From: an uncultured delta proteobacterium
GTDB taxonomy: Bacteria; Desulfobacterota; Desulfuromonadia; Desulfuromonadales; JACZKF01
DNA length: 64,000 nucleotides
Reading direction: 5' to 3'
Assembly: GCA_963816395.1 (NCBI GenBank)
Contig: CAWFKQ010000016.1
Coordinates: 224,001 to 288,000 of the forward strand
Position 1 is the stretch's first letter; each line of letters starts with the position of its first letter. The position numbers were made by a program, and so were the translations under genes. Positions 43,209 through 54,228 of the stretch are shown piece by piece. Under the pieces are notes generated by a model. The model saw nothing but the letters and a program-made list of their open reading frames with translations. It was not told the origin of the DNA and ran no database searches.

Positions 43209-45593
43209 GCCTTGAAGGCGCCCACCTCGTTCTCCAGGGCGGCGCTCTGCGTGGAGAGGATTTCCACCACCTCGTCGAGTTCAGTCGTGCGGGCGGCGGT
43301 TCCCTCGGCAATCCGGTGCAGACCCGAGACCGCTTCCACCACTTCCCGGCTGCGCTGGTTGAGGGAACGGGAGACCTGGTCGATGCGCTCGATCATGGAG
43401 CGGATCTGGTCCATGCTGAGATTGATCTGCCGGCTCCCCTTGGCCTGTTCGCCGGTACTCACTTTCCCCTGGGAAGCGATCTCCTTCATCGTCTCCGCCG
43501 CCCTGGTCAACTGGCGGGTACCCTCGGTCTGCTGGCGGATGGCGGCGGCGATCTGCCCCAGCATGGAGGCGACCTGGTTGATGGCGCCGGTGATCTGGCG
43601 GCTGCCCTTCGACTGCTCCTGGGTGGCGCGGACGATGCTGCGCACCTGGTCGGTCGCCTTCACGGTGCTGCTGCGGATCTTCTCCAGCGCCGCCCCGGCT
43701 GTCCTGGACCGCGTCACTTCCAGGTGCACCCGCTCGCTGCCGGCGGCCATCGCCGCCACTGCATCCTGGGTGCCGGTCTGCAGCGAGTCGATAATGGTCG
43801 TGATCTCCCGGGTAGAGACGGAGGTGCGCTCGGCCAGTTCGCGGATCTCATTGGCGACCACGGCAAAACCCTTGCCGTGCTCGCCGGCCTGGGCGGCGAT
43901 AATGGCGGCGTTCAGGGCCAGCAGGTTGGTCTGATCGGCGATCTCGTCGATGACGGTGAGAATCTTGCCGATCGATTTCGATTGATTTCCCAGGTTGCGG
44001 ATGACCTTGGTCGCCCGATCGACCGATTCCCTGATCAGGCCGATCCCCTCGATCGTCTCCGCGACCACCTTTTTCCCCTCCAGGGCATCCTGCGCCGCCG
44101 CCTCGGCAAGCCGGCTGGTCTGTTCGGCGTTCTCATCCACTTCCTTGATGGCGGCATCCATTTCGATGATGGAGGAGGCGGTGGTTTCCGTGGAAGCGGA
44201 AAGGATCTCGATATTCTCGGCGATCTGCTGGCCGGCCACCGACATTTCGTGGATCGAACTGGTCACTTCCTCGACGATGCCGAAGAGCCTCTCCGATTGC
44301 CCGGCGAGTTCCTCGATGGTGGCGCCCAGTTCCAGGGTGGCGGAGGAGCTCGCTTCCGCCGAATCGAGAAGACTGCCGGTGCTTTCGGCAATGCCGGAGA
44401 GCGACCCTTCGATCTCCTGCATGGAGCGGTGCGACTCCTCCATGGCCTGCAACTGGCGTATGGCGCCGCCGCTCACCTGCTGCGAAACGCCCCGCACCCG
44501 TTCGGTAGCGGCGGCCAGGTCGGTGGAAACGGCCCGGCTGCGGCGGACCATCTCCCGCATGCGGCCGAGAAAACGATTGAAGCTGCCGGCGAGCTCGCCG
44601 ACTTCGTCCCGCTGGCGCACCCGCAGTTCCCGCGTCAGGTCGCCTTCCCCTTCGGCGATCTCCTTGAGGTTGCGCCCGACCTCCGCCAGGGGAGTGATGA
44701 TGCCCCCGGAGATGAGCAGGCTGACGGCGGTCGCCACGGCGAACAGGGCGCCCAGGATGATCAGAACGATCCGCCGAAACTCCTCCTTGGCGGCATTGAC
44801 CCCGGAACGGTCGATGGCCAGCAGCAGCCCGTGCCGGTCGATCGGCAGGGGATCCTTGAACAGGGCGTAGGCGGCGCCGTCGAGCGCCAGGGTTTTCCCC
44901 CCGCCTTCCAGGACCTCCTCCGGCTGCACCGGCCGCAGTTCCGCGCGGCTGGCGGCGAGTATGCCCTGCGGACCGTAGAAGGCGATCTCCGTCCCTTTCA
45001 GGGGCTTGAGGTTGCCGCCGAAGATCGTCTCGAGGAAGCGGTCGTTCAGGAAACAGACGCCGACCAGATGGCCGACCATTTCCTGATGGTCGTAAACCGG
45101 GGTGGCGACGACGATGGCCGGCCGGCCGTCGAAGAAATAGAGCATGGAGAAGGATTCCCCGCCCAGGCTGGCCTGGATGGCCGGGTTATCCTTGCCGCTG
45201 CTCTGCGGCAGGTCTTTTTCCTGATGCAGACGGAACAGCAGGTTGCCGTCGCGGTCGAGGGCTTCCATCAGGTCGAAATTGAACGACTTGAGGTCCCGCT
45301 GGAAATTCTCCTGCAGCCGGGCGCTGTCGCCGCTCCGGGCGGCCGCCCGGAGCCCTGTCGACGAGCCCGGTATCGGCGGCTATCAGGCGCAGGTAATTGG
45401 TCTTCTCGGTCTGGGCGGCGGCGATGTTATGCTCGATCAGGCCGGCGATCGTCTGTGCCCGCTGCTGCAGGTCCGCCTCCATCTGCCTTTCGCTGAGGGT
45501 GGAGACGAAGAACATGGTCAGGGTCAGCGGAACGACGGACAGGCCGATCAGGGCGGCGAGAATTTTCCAGCGCAATTTCAGAGAGCCGAACAT
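43205..45593 (-). CDS. Methyl-accepting chemotaxis protein, indels near the N-terminus
   Basis: Two TM segments, [34 protein letters not shown] hairpin tip. Confidence 0.93.
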
Positions 45594-45903
45594 CGGAAAC
45601 CCTTCCTTCCGCAGCAGTGGAGAGACGAAAACGAGGACCGCTGTCTTGCCGGAGATAGGCTGTGTGCCTCAGCCCGCTGAAAATGATCTCCCGCGCAGCG
45701 GGGCGGACCGCAGATTTTCAGTCGCGAAGGGCAACGGATGCTCGCGCCCGGACAGCATGAAATAATGGGGAAAATAGCACCAGGCACCCCTCCAGGCAAG
45801 ACTTTCCTCAGAATGAGCAGCGAGACTTCCTGCCGCACCGCTCTTCCGCCACTTGTCCGCCCCGGCTCGCCAGGGTTATAATGAGAACCAGGAGTCCCGT
45901 CGC

Positions 45904-47319
45904 ATGGCTGACCAATACCCGCGTCTTCCCAGTCTTATTCCTCAGCAACTTCACGGTCGAGGAAACCGCCCCCTTCCGCCGGCACCTCAACCGCCTGGAA
46001 GTGGAGATCGGCCGCGAGGATTACCGTCACCTGAAACAGGTGGAACTTCTCCCCGAATGCCCCTCCGAGGCCGATTTCCAGGGGATGGAAGAGATCACCG
46101 AGCGGCTCATCGCCACCACCCAGAACAACTACAACCGCGACCTGCTGCGCCGCCTGCGGATCCGGGTTTACCTCGATGTGCCGCGCTACGAGGTCTACTA
46201 CCGGCTGGCGGACCGCGCTCTGCGCTTCACCGCCGCCTGGCGGCAGCAGGTGCTGCGGCGCTTTTTCGCCGAAGTGCCGGTGGCGGATACCGGCTGGCGT
46301 CCCTGCCGTCCGCCGCTGGGCCGCTTCGCCTGCCGCTTCCTGCCGGACCGCGCCGGGGGCGTGCTGCTGCTGCGGCAGGAAGGCAAGCGAGCCGGAGCGT
46401 GCCCTGCTCACCGCCACCCACTGTCCCTATGACCCGCATACCCTGGAGGTGACCCTGTATTTTCTCCTCGCCGGCAAGGGGGACAGGGCGATCATCAATC
46501 TCGGCTTCTCCGGCCGCGAGCCGCTCACCGACGAAAACCTGGAGCGGCTGAAAGGCTGGGGGGTTCCCCTCAACCCCAGCAATATAGATGCCATCTATCC
46601 CTATGCCGACGCCGCCGGCCATCCTTTCTGCTATAAGCTGGAGGAGGGCTGCGGGCAGTACGTGGCGGCCTCTCGGCGGCGCGCCGCCGCCGCTGATCAT
46701 CGATATTCACGGCTGCGTCGGCACCCGGCCGCAGGACGATCGGGTCATCGTCGGCCTGGGCGGCTTTCCGCCCTTGCCGCAGCCGGCCGACCTGGGGGAG
46801 CCGGCGACGCGCGGCGCCGCCATTCACCTGCGGCCGCATCCCCGCCTGCGGCAGGGTCTGGAGCTGCTGCGCGAGCTTTCCGCGGCAATCCATATCCAGT
46901 TCTGCTCCGGGCCGCAGCAGGGCTACCATTTCCTGCTTCAGGACGGAGCTGCGGCTGGCCGGCCGCGCCTTGGACCCGGCGCCGAGGTGCGCAGCCTGCT
47001 GACCGGGGAGGAGCGGACCTGGCTGCCCGGCGAGGATATCCGCTGGCTGCCCGGCGCCGGCGGCAATGCCCTGCAGCGTCTGGAAGCCCGGCGGCTGCGC
47101 CCGGATGCCCTCTGCCTGCATGTGGAGATCCCCACCCGCGTGCGCCGGGGCATCGCCATGCGGCTGCGGGAGATGGCCATCAGCGATTCACTGAGCCGCC
47201 AGCGGTCTCTGATGCAGGCACTGGCAGAAGTCCTTGAAATTTTTCCGTCTTATGCTATCTACGGAAGCACTTGCGCCGTCCGGCGGCCATCGGCAACGGG
47301 GGCCGGCCGCTGGTCATGA
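45904..47319 (+). CDS. Hypothetical protein of about 460 aa, split by indels
   Basis: Three consecutive coding-like ORF pieces; GGAG RBS before ATG 45904; upstream TTGTCC-18 bp-TATAAT. Confidence 0.65.
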
Positions 47320-47580
47320 ACACACCTCTCAAGCAAGTCTGCGCCACCTACGCGGCGGCGGTGCTGACGCGCTATCCTCTATGCCCCCTGGTACGGGCAG
47401 CCGCAGGCGTTCGCCATCCGGCCGCATGTCCAATACGCTCTCCTCTGGCGCCGCCGGCAGACCGTCGGTTATCTGTATGCGTCTCGATTCTCCCGCGGCT
47501 GCTTCTGGAGGTCGCTCTCCCTGACCCTGGTGCTCCTGCTGGCCATCTTCGCTCTCGGCGGGGAGGAACGGGAGGAATAG
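47316..47580 (+). CDS. Small hypothetical membrane protein, split by indels
   Basis: ATG overlaps the upstream stop; hydrophobic ends, terminating LVLLLAIFALGGEEREE*. Confidence 0.4.
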
Positions 47581-47630
47581 CGGAGATTTCCGTCCGGCGG
47601 GCAGCGGAAAGAAGGCCGATGCGTAAGGCA

Positions 47631-48815
47631 ATGAGCCTCAGGGGAATCTGCCCGCAACGTTGTGATTCTCGGGGCGGTGAGTTTCCTCACCGATGTCTCC
47701 AGCGAGATGATTTACCCCCTGCTGCCCCTGTTTCTCACCACTGTTCTCGGCGCCGGACCGGTCTTTCTGGGGGTGATCGAGGGCGCCGCCGAGTCGACCT
47801 CCTCCCTGCTCAAGCTTTTTTCCGGCCATCTCTCCGACCGTTTCGGCCGGCGCAAGCAGCTGGTGGTGGCCGGTTACGGGCTCTCTTCCCTGCTGCGGCC
47901 GCTGGTGGCAGCGGCCACCGCACCCTACATGGTCCTGCTCATCCGCCTCGGCGACCGGGTGGGCAAAGGGGTGCGCACCTCCCCCCGCGACGCCCTGATC
48001 GCCGATTCCACCGATCCGGCCCTGCGCGGCCGGGCCTTCGGTTTTCACCGGTCCATGGACCATGCCGGCGCCATCGTCGGTCCGCTGGTCGCCACCGCCC
48101 TGCTCGCCGGCTTCACCGACAGCCTGCGCACCGTCTTCTGGCTGGCGGCGATCCCCGGCCTGCTGGCGGTCCTGCTCCTCCTGCTGCAGGTGCGGGAAAC
48201 CGCCGGCCGCCAGTGCTGGCGCGGGCCGTCCCCTGGCGGCAGGTGGTGCCGCGCGGGCGGCTGCGTGCCTACCTGCTGATTCTCTTCCTCTTCACCCTCG
48301 GCAATTCCTCCGACGCCTTTCTGCTGCTGCGGGCCGGCCAGCTCGGCGTCGCCGCCGGCCGCCATCCCCCTGCTGTGGACCTGCTTTCACGCGGTCAAGA
48401 TGACCTCCGTCCTCCCCTTCGGCGCCCTCTCCGACCGCCTCGGCCGGCGGGGCGTCATCGTCGCCGGCTGGAGCGTCTACGCCCTCGCTTATCTCGGCTT
48501 CGCCGTCGCCCGCAGCGAATGGCAGATCTGGCTGCTGTTCGGCTTTTACGGTTTGTTCTACGGCCTGACCGAGGGGGTGGAAAAGGCGCTGCTGGTCGAT
48601 CTCGCCCTGCCCGAGCAGCGCGGCGGCGCCTTCGGCTGGTACAATTTCGCCATCGGCGCCGGCGCCCTGCCGTCCAGCCTGATCTTCGGCTTGATCTGGC
48701 AGCAGGCCGGGGCCGCCGCCGCCTTCGGCTTCGGCGCTCTGCTGGCGGCGCTGGCGGCGGGGCTGCTGGCCGTTCTGGTAAAGCCAGGAGCAGGGAAGAG
48801 CAAACCGAGAGCTGA
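47631..48815 (+). CDS. MFS transporter, split by indels
   Basis: SFLTDVSSEMIYPLLP, SDRFGRRK, RTSPRDALI, GNSSDAFL. Confidence 0.9.
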   Translation: MSLRGICPQRCDSRGGEFPHRCLQRDDLPPAAPVSHHCSRRRTGLSGGDRGRRRVDLLPAQAFFRPSLRPFRPAQAAGGGRLRALFPAAAAGGSGHRTLHGPAHPPRRPGGQRGAHLPPRRPDRRFHRSGPARPGLRFSPVHGPCRRHRRSAGRHRPARRLHRQPAHRLLAGGDPRPAGGPAPPAAGAGNRRPPVLARAVPWRQVVPRGRLRAYLLILFLFTLGNSSDAFLLLRAGQLGVAAGRHPPAVDLLSRGQDDLRPPLRRPLRPPRPAGRHRRRLERLRPRLSRLRRRPQRMADLAAVRLLRFVLRPDRGGGKGAAGRSRPARAARRRLRLVQFRHRRRRPAVQPDLRLDLAAGRGRRRLRLRRSAGGAGGGAAGRSGKARSREEQTES

Positions 48816-48865
48816 CTCGCTGACCTGCCCTCGGACTCGCCTTGCCCCTAACCTCGGAGATTGCC

Positions 48866-49777
48866 ATGCCCGAACTCGATGTGGTCACCGGCGCCTTCAG
48901 CTTTACCGGCAAGTACATCACCCGCCGCCTGCTGGCGCAGGGGCGGCAGGTGCGTACGCTGACCGGTCATCCCGGCCGCGAGCATTCCTTCGGCGAGGCG
49001 GTGGCCGCCTTTCCCTTCCGCTTCGATGACCCGGCCGCCCTCGGCGCCGCTCTGCGCGGGCGCGGACACCCTCTACAACACCTACTGGATCCGCTTCGAG
49101 CACGGCCAGATGACCTTCGCCCGGGTTCTTGCCGAGACCGGTGCGCTGCTGCAGCGCGGCCGGGCGGCCGGGGTGCGGCGGGTGGTGCATTTCAGTGCCC
49201 TGCACGCCGATCTGCCTCCCCCTATCCCTACTTCCGCGCCAAGGGAGAAGCCGAGCGCCTGGTGCGCGGCTGCGGCCTCTCCCACGCCATCCTGCGGCCG
49301 ACCGTGCTGTTCGGCGAGGAAAGCATCTTCATCAACAATGTCGCCTGGATGCTGCGCAAATTCCCCTTTTTCGCCATTCCCGGCAGGGAGGGCGGCCGGC
49401 TGCAGCCGGTCTGCGTCGATGATGTGGCGGAGCTGGCGGTCGAGGCCGCCCGGCAGTCGGAAGAGGCGATCAGCGAGGCGGCCGGGCCGGAGGTGTTCAC
49501 CTTCGTCGAACTGGTGCGGCTGATCGCCCGCGAGACCGGCAGCCGGGTCCGGCTCATGCACTTTCGGCCGGAACGGACTTTGCAATTCTCCCGGATGATC
49601 GGCGGCCGGGTGGGGGACGTGGTCCTCACCAAAGATGAAATCGATGGGCTGCTGAATGACCTGCTGGTGGCGAAGGGGCCGGCAACCGGCCATACCCGCT
49701 TCAGCGATTGGCTGTCGCGGCGGGGCAAGGATCTGGGCCGCTCCTATGTCTCCGAGATGGAGCGCCACTTTCGCTAA
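48866..49777 (+). CDS. NAD(P)-binding atypical SDR / epimerase family protein
   Basis: VTGAFSFTG, YFRAK, ILRPT, LQPV. Confidence 0.85.
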   Translation: MPELDVVTGAFSFTGKYITRRLLAQGRQVRTLTGHPGREHSFGEAVAAFPFRFDDPAALGAALRGRGHPLQHLLDPLRARPDDLRPGSCRDRCAAAARPGGRGAAGGAFQCPARRSASPYPYFRAKGEAERLVRGCGLSHAILRPTVLFGEESIFINNVAWMLRKFPFFAIPGREGGRLQPVCVDDVAELAVEAARQSEEAISEAAGPEVFTFVELVRLIARETGSRVRLMHFRPERTLQFSRMIGGRVGDVVLTKDEIDGLLNDLLVAKGPATGHTRFSDWLSRRGKDLGRSYVSEMERHFR

Positions 49778-49951
49778 AAGACGGAAAGTCCTGCCGCAGA
49801 GGGGCAGGCCCATTCCGTCGCCGGTGGAAGTACCGCCGGCAGCCGATCTCCCGCATCTCTGAACATGTATTTCACTCTTCTAATCACCCGCCTGGGTGGC
49901 AGGTAAGCCGGGCGGAGGCGGCAACCCAAATGAAGAAAATGGAGACATGCA

Positions 49952-50397
49952 ATGACCCAGACCAACCTGACCGTCCTGGTGCGCAAGGGCCTGGCCGCCC
50001 TTGATCACGACAACACCCTGATCGCGCTCCTGCACTTCCAGGAAGCCGCCGCCAGCCAGCCCACCCCCACCATTCTCTCCTGTCTCGGCTACTGCCTGGC
50101 CCGGGAGCAGCGCGAACTGCACCAGGCCCTGACCCTCTGCCAGGGGGCCATCCGCGATGAACCGGCCAATCCCCTGCATTATCTCAATCTCGGCCGCATC
50201 TACCAGCTTTCCGGACAGAAGCACCTGTCCATCCTCGCTTTCCGCAAGGGGCTGAAATTCGGCCGCCATCAGGGTATCATTGATGAAATGAAGAAGCTGG
50301 GGATGCGCCGCCCGCCGCTGTCTTCCTGCGGTTGGGCCGCAAGCACCCCCTCAACCGGTTCTGCGGAATTCTCCTCAACCGGCTGGGATTGGCCTGA
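49952..50397 (+). CDS. Tetratricopeptide repeat protein
   Basis: SCLGYCLARE, HYLNLGRIY, LGMRRPP; indel near the end. Confidence 0.75.
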
Positions 50398-50422
50398 GCC
50401 TCCCGGCCGGGAAGGGTGGGAA

Positions 50423-50771
50423 ATGTATCTTTCTGCTCAAAGTCCTGCTCTCGGCCGTCATTATCGCCGCTGTTTCGGAGCTGGCCCGGCGCTCGACCGC
50501 CCTGGCCGCCCTTCTCGCCTCCCTGCCGCTGACCTCCCTGCTGGCCATCCTCTGGCTCTATTACGAAACCCGGGATGGCCGGCAGGCGGCCGCCCTGGCC
50601 GAAAACATCTTCTGGGCGCTGCTCCCCTCCCTGCTCTTCTTCCTCGCCTTCCCCCTCCTGCTGCGTACCGGCTGGCGCTTCGGCACGGCCATGGGCGCCG
50701 CCGTGCTTTTCATGCTGGCCGGCTATTTCCTCTACATCTGGCTGCTGGGAAGATTCGGGATACGGTTTTAA
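50423..50771 (+). CDS. DUF3147 family membrane protein
   Basis: Manual translation: KVLLSAVIIAAVSELARRS...LASLPLTSLLAILWLYYET...IFWALLPSL; indel after the start; absent from the ORF track. Confidence 0.8.
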
Positions 50772-50787
50772 ATCCCAGAAGACCTCA

Positions 50788-50858
50788 ACGCGTAACGCGG
50801 TCACGCGGAAGGCCTGACCGCTTTCCTCGTCCCGCATGTCCTCGTCCCGCGTCCCGCT
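50788..50858. repeat. GC-rich heptamer repeat element between convergent genes
   Basis: ACGCGTA-ACGCGGT-CACGCGG then CGTCCCG three times. Confidence 0.55.
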
Positions 50859-50864
50859 TACCTG

Positions 50865-51005
50865 CTACCGTATCAGCCCCAGCACGCCGACGATGATCAG
50901 ATAGATCGCCACGATGTAATTGAGCAAACGGGGGATGAACAGGATCAGGATGCCGGCGATCAGGGCGATGATCGCGTTGGCGGTGCCGTAATCGTAATAG
51001 GCCAT
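50865..51005 (-). CDS. DUF3096 family small membrane protein (46 aa)
   Basis: ALIAGILILFIPRLLNYIVAIYLIIVG; AAGGAGG RBS. Confidence 0.88.
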   Translation of the reverse strand: MAYYDYGTANAIIALIAGILILFIPRLLNYIVAIYLIIVGVLGLIR

Positions 51006-51266
51006 GGGTTCCTCCTTTGCCGCCGGCCGCGGCGCAAACCTGCTCGTTGAAACAACTATGGATGCGGTTCCGGTCTTGTCAATGGACCTGCGGGGAAGGC
51101 GGCGAGGGGGGCCGGTTTTTACCGCGATCCCTTTTCTGATACAATAAGAGCTGTCGGGCGGGAAATTCCCCGCCTTTTGCCTTTTGCTACTTCCAATAAA
51201 TCGGATAATTAAGTTATACCTATCTGCTGTCCAGTTCACCCTTTTAATCCCCGGAGAGGGGAGCCG

Positions 51267-54219
51267 ATGGTCAGGAAAAAGGAGCAGCAAGACGCACCCG
51301 AAAACCGATTCGCCACCGGACCCGGCCGCCCCGCCGGCCTTCCCCGTCGTCGCCATCGGCACCTCGGCCGGGGGACTGAAGGCGCTGACGGCCTTCTTCG
51401 ACCACCGGCCGGAGGGAGCCGGGCTGGCCTACGTCGTCATCCAGCATCTCGATCCCCGGCGGGAGAGCTTTCTCCCCTCCCTGCTGCAGCCGCATGCCGG
51501 CATGCCGGTGCTCGAGGCCCGCAACGCCCTGCCGATCGAGCCCGACCACGTCTACCTCAAGCCCCCCGGCCACGACCTGGTCGTCCGCAACCGCACCCTG
51601 TACCTGCGGGCAGCCGCCGGCGGCCGGCTACGCCCGGCTGCCGATCGACGAGTTCTTCCGCAGCCTGGCCCGCGACCTGGGGGAGCACGCCATCGCCATC
51701 GTTCTCTCCGGGGCGGGGAGCGACGGCACCGAGGGGGTGCGGGCGATCCACGCCGCCGGCGGCCTGGTGCTGGTGCAGGACGAGAAGCAGGCGGAGTACG
51801 ACGGCATGCCGCGCAGCGCCATCAACACCGGCATGGTCGATTTCGTCCTGCCGGTGGAGAAAATGGGGGAGAAGCTCGCCGCCTACCTCAGCCATCCGCT
51901 GGTCGCCCGGCGGGAAATGAAGCGCGAGGGGGCCGAGGAGCGCCAGGGGATCGATGTGCAGAAGGTGCTGAGCGCCGTCCAGGCCCAGACCGGCCACGAT
52001 TTCTCCCGCTACAAGAAGAACACCATCCGCCGCCGCATCGAGCGCCGCCTGGCCATCCACCAGATGGAGCGGATGGCGGATTATGCCGCCTACATCCGGC
52101 AGAACCCGGAGGAGGTGCAGGCGCTGTTCAAGGACCTGCTGATCAACGTCACCAACTTCTTCCGCGACCCGGAGGCCTTCCGGATCCTCAAGCAGGAGCT
52201 GGCCCGGATGCTGGCGGAGCGGCCGGCCGACCGGCCGCTGCGGGTCTGGGTGGCCGGCTGCGCCACCGGCGAGGAGGCCTATTCGGTAGCCATCGTGCTG
52301 CAGGAGATCATGGAGCGGCTGGAGAAGAGATTTCCGGTCAAGATCTTCGCCTCCGACATCAACCCGCAGGCGATCGCCTTCGCCCGCGAGGGGGTCTACC
52401 CGGAAAACATCGCCGCCGATGTCTCCGAGCGGCGGCTCAAGCACTTCTTCATCCGCCAGGGCAACCAGTACAAGGTCGCCGGCGCAGCTGCGCGACATGA
52501 TGATCTTCGCCCTGCACGACCTGACCCGCGACCCGCCGTTCTCCCGCCTGGACCTGGTCACCTGCCGCAACCTGCTCATCTATCTCGACAGCTCCCTGCA
52601 GCGCAAGGTCCTGCCGCTGCTGCACTACAGCCTGAACCCGGCAGGGTCTGCTCCTGCTCGGCGCCTCCGAGGAGGCCGGCGACTGCGGCGACTCTCTCGC
52701 TGCCGGTGAACCGCAAGTGGAAACTGTTCCGGGCGGTGGAAGGCGCGCTCCGCGAGCCGGCCTTTGCCCTGCCGCCGGCCCGGCCGCAGCCTCATCCGCG
52801 GCAGGGAGCGGCGGCAGAGCCGGAGCCGCGGCGCAGGGACTCCGAGACCGGCATCCGCGATCTGGTGGAGACTTCACTCATGGAAGAATACGCGCCTCCG
52901 GGCGTCCTGCTCGATGCGGAAAACCGGGTGACCTTTTTTCACGGCGACACCGGCGCTTTCCTGGCGCCGCCGCGCGGCGAGCCGAGTTTCGAGATCGTCA
53001 AGCTGGCGCGCGGCGAGCTGGCCCAGGCGCTGCCGGAGATCCTCGGCCGGGCCCGGCAGCAGCGCCGCCGGGTGAGCCGGGAGGGGCTGCGCCCGGGGTT
53101 CGGCGAGCGGCGGCCTGCGGGTCGATGTCGCCGCCAAGCCGCTGCCGGCGGCCGGCCCCGGGCACCTGCTGGTCACCTTCACCGCCCAGGCCGCGGAACC
53201 GGCCGAAGGACGGGAAGCCGAGGGGGACGGCCGGATCGAGGAGCTGCAGCGGGATCTCTTCTCCACCCGCCAGGACCTGCAGGCGACCATCGAGGAGCTG
53301 GAGACCGCCAACGAAGAGCTGCAGTCGGCCAACGAGGAGCTGCAGGCGAACAACGAGGAGCTGCAGTCGACCAACGAGGAGCTGGAGACCTCGCGCGAGG
53401 AGCTGCAGTCGACCAACGAGGAGCTGGAGACGGTCAACGCCGAGCTGAAGAAGAAGAACGACGAGCTGATCGAGACCCAGGACGACATCAACAACCTGCT
53501 GGCCGCCACCGACATCGGCACCCTGATCCTCGATACCCGGCTGCGCATCCAGCGCTTCACCCCGGCGGCGACCCGGCTCTTCCGCCTCATCCCCGGCGAT
53601 CTCGGCCGGCCCCTCACCGACGTCGCCACCTCCCTGCTCCACGACCGTCTGGCCGAGGACGTCCAGGCCGTCCTCGACTCCCTGCAAAAGCGGGAGATGG
53701 ATGTTCCCAGCCGGGACGGGCAGTGGTATGCCATGCGCATCCTCCCCTACCGCTCCAGCGCCGACGTCATCATCGGCGCCCTCCTCACCTTCACCGATAT
53801 CACCGCCCTCAAGGAGCCCGAAGTCGCAGGCGCAGGAGGCCCGGATCCTCGCCGAAGGCATCCTGCGGACCCAGCGCGAGCCGCTGCTGGTGCTCGATGC
53901 GGAGCTGCGGGTGGTCTCGGCCAACCCGGCCTTCTACCGGATCTTCCGGACGGCGCCGCCGGAAACCGAAGGGAGGGAGGTCTTCCAGCTCGGCAACAAC
54001 CAGTGGGATATCCCCGAGCTGCGCCGCCTGCTGCTGCAGATCATCCCGCAGAACAGCGAGTTCAACGATTTCCGGGTGAGCCACGATTTTCCCTCCCTCG
54101 GCCGCCGCACCCTGCTCCTCAACGCCCGCCGCATCGACCGGGAAGACGAGCGGCCGAAGCTGATCCTGCTCGCTTTCGAGGACATCACCGGCCGCGAGGA
54201 TACTGTCTCCTCCGCATGA
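51267..54219 (+). CDS. CheB-CheR fusion protein with coiled coil and PAS domains, split by indels
   Basis: IGTSAGG, QHLDP, SGAGSDG; VTNFFRD, GCATGEEAYS, CRNLLIY; (NEELQS)n; PAS. Confidence 0.92.
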
Positions 54220-54228
54220 GGAGAAGCC

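Noticed and set aside
45600..45780. Cyclic dinucleotide (GEMM) riboswitch upstream of the MCP
   Set aside because: A hairpin (CTGAAAAT/ATTTTCAG) exists but I could not find the GEMM consensus; an Infernal/Rfam scan would settle it
53270..53450. 21-bp tandem repeats as a VNTR or mobile feature
   Set aside because: They encode the normal NEELQS heptad coil of CheBR fusions
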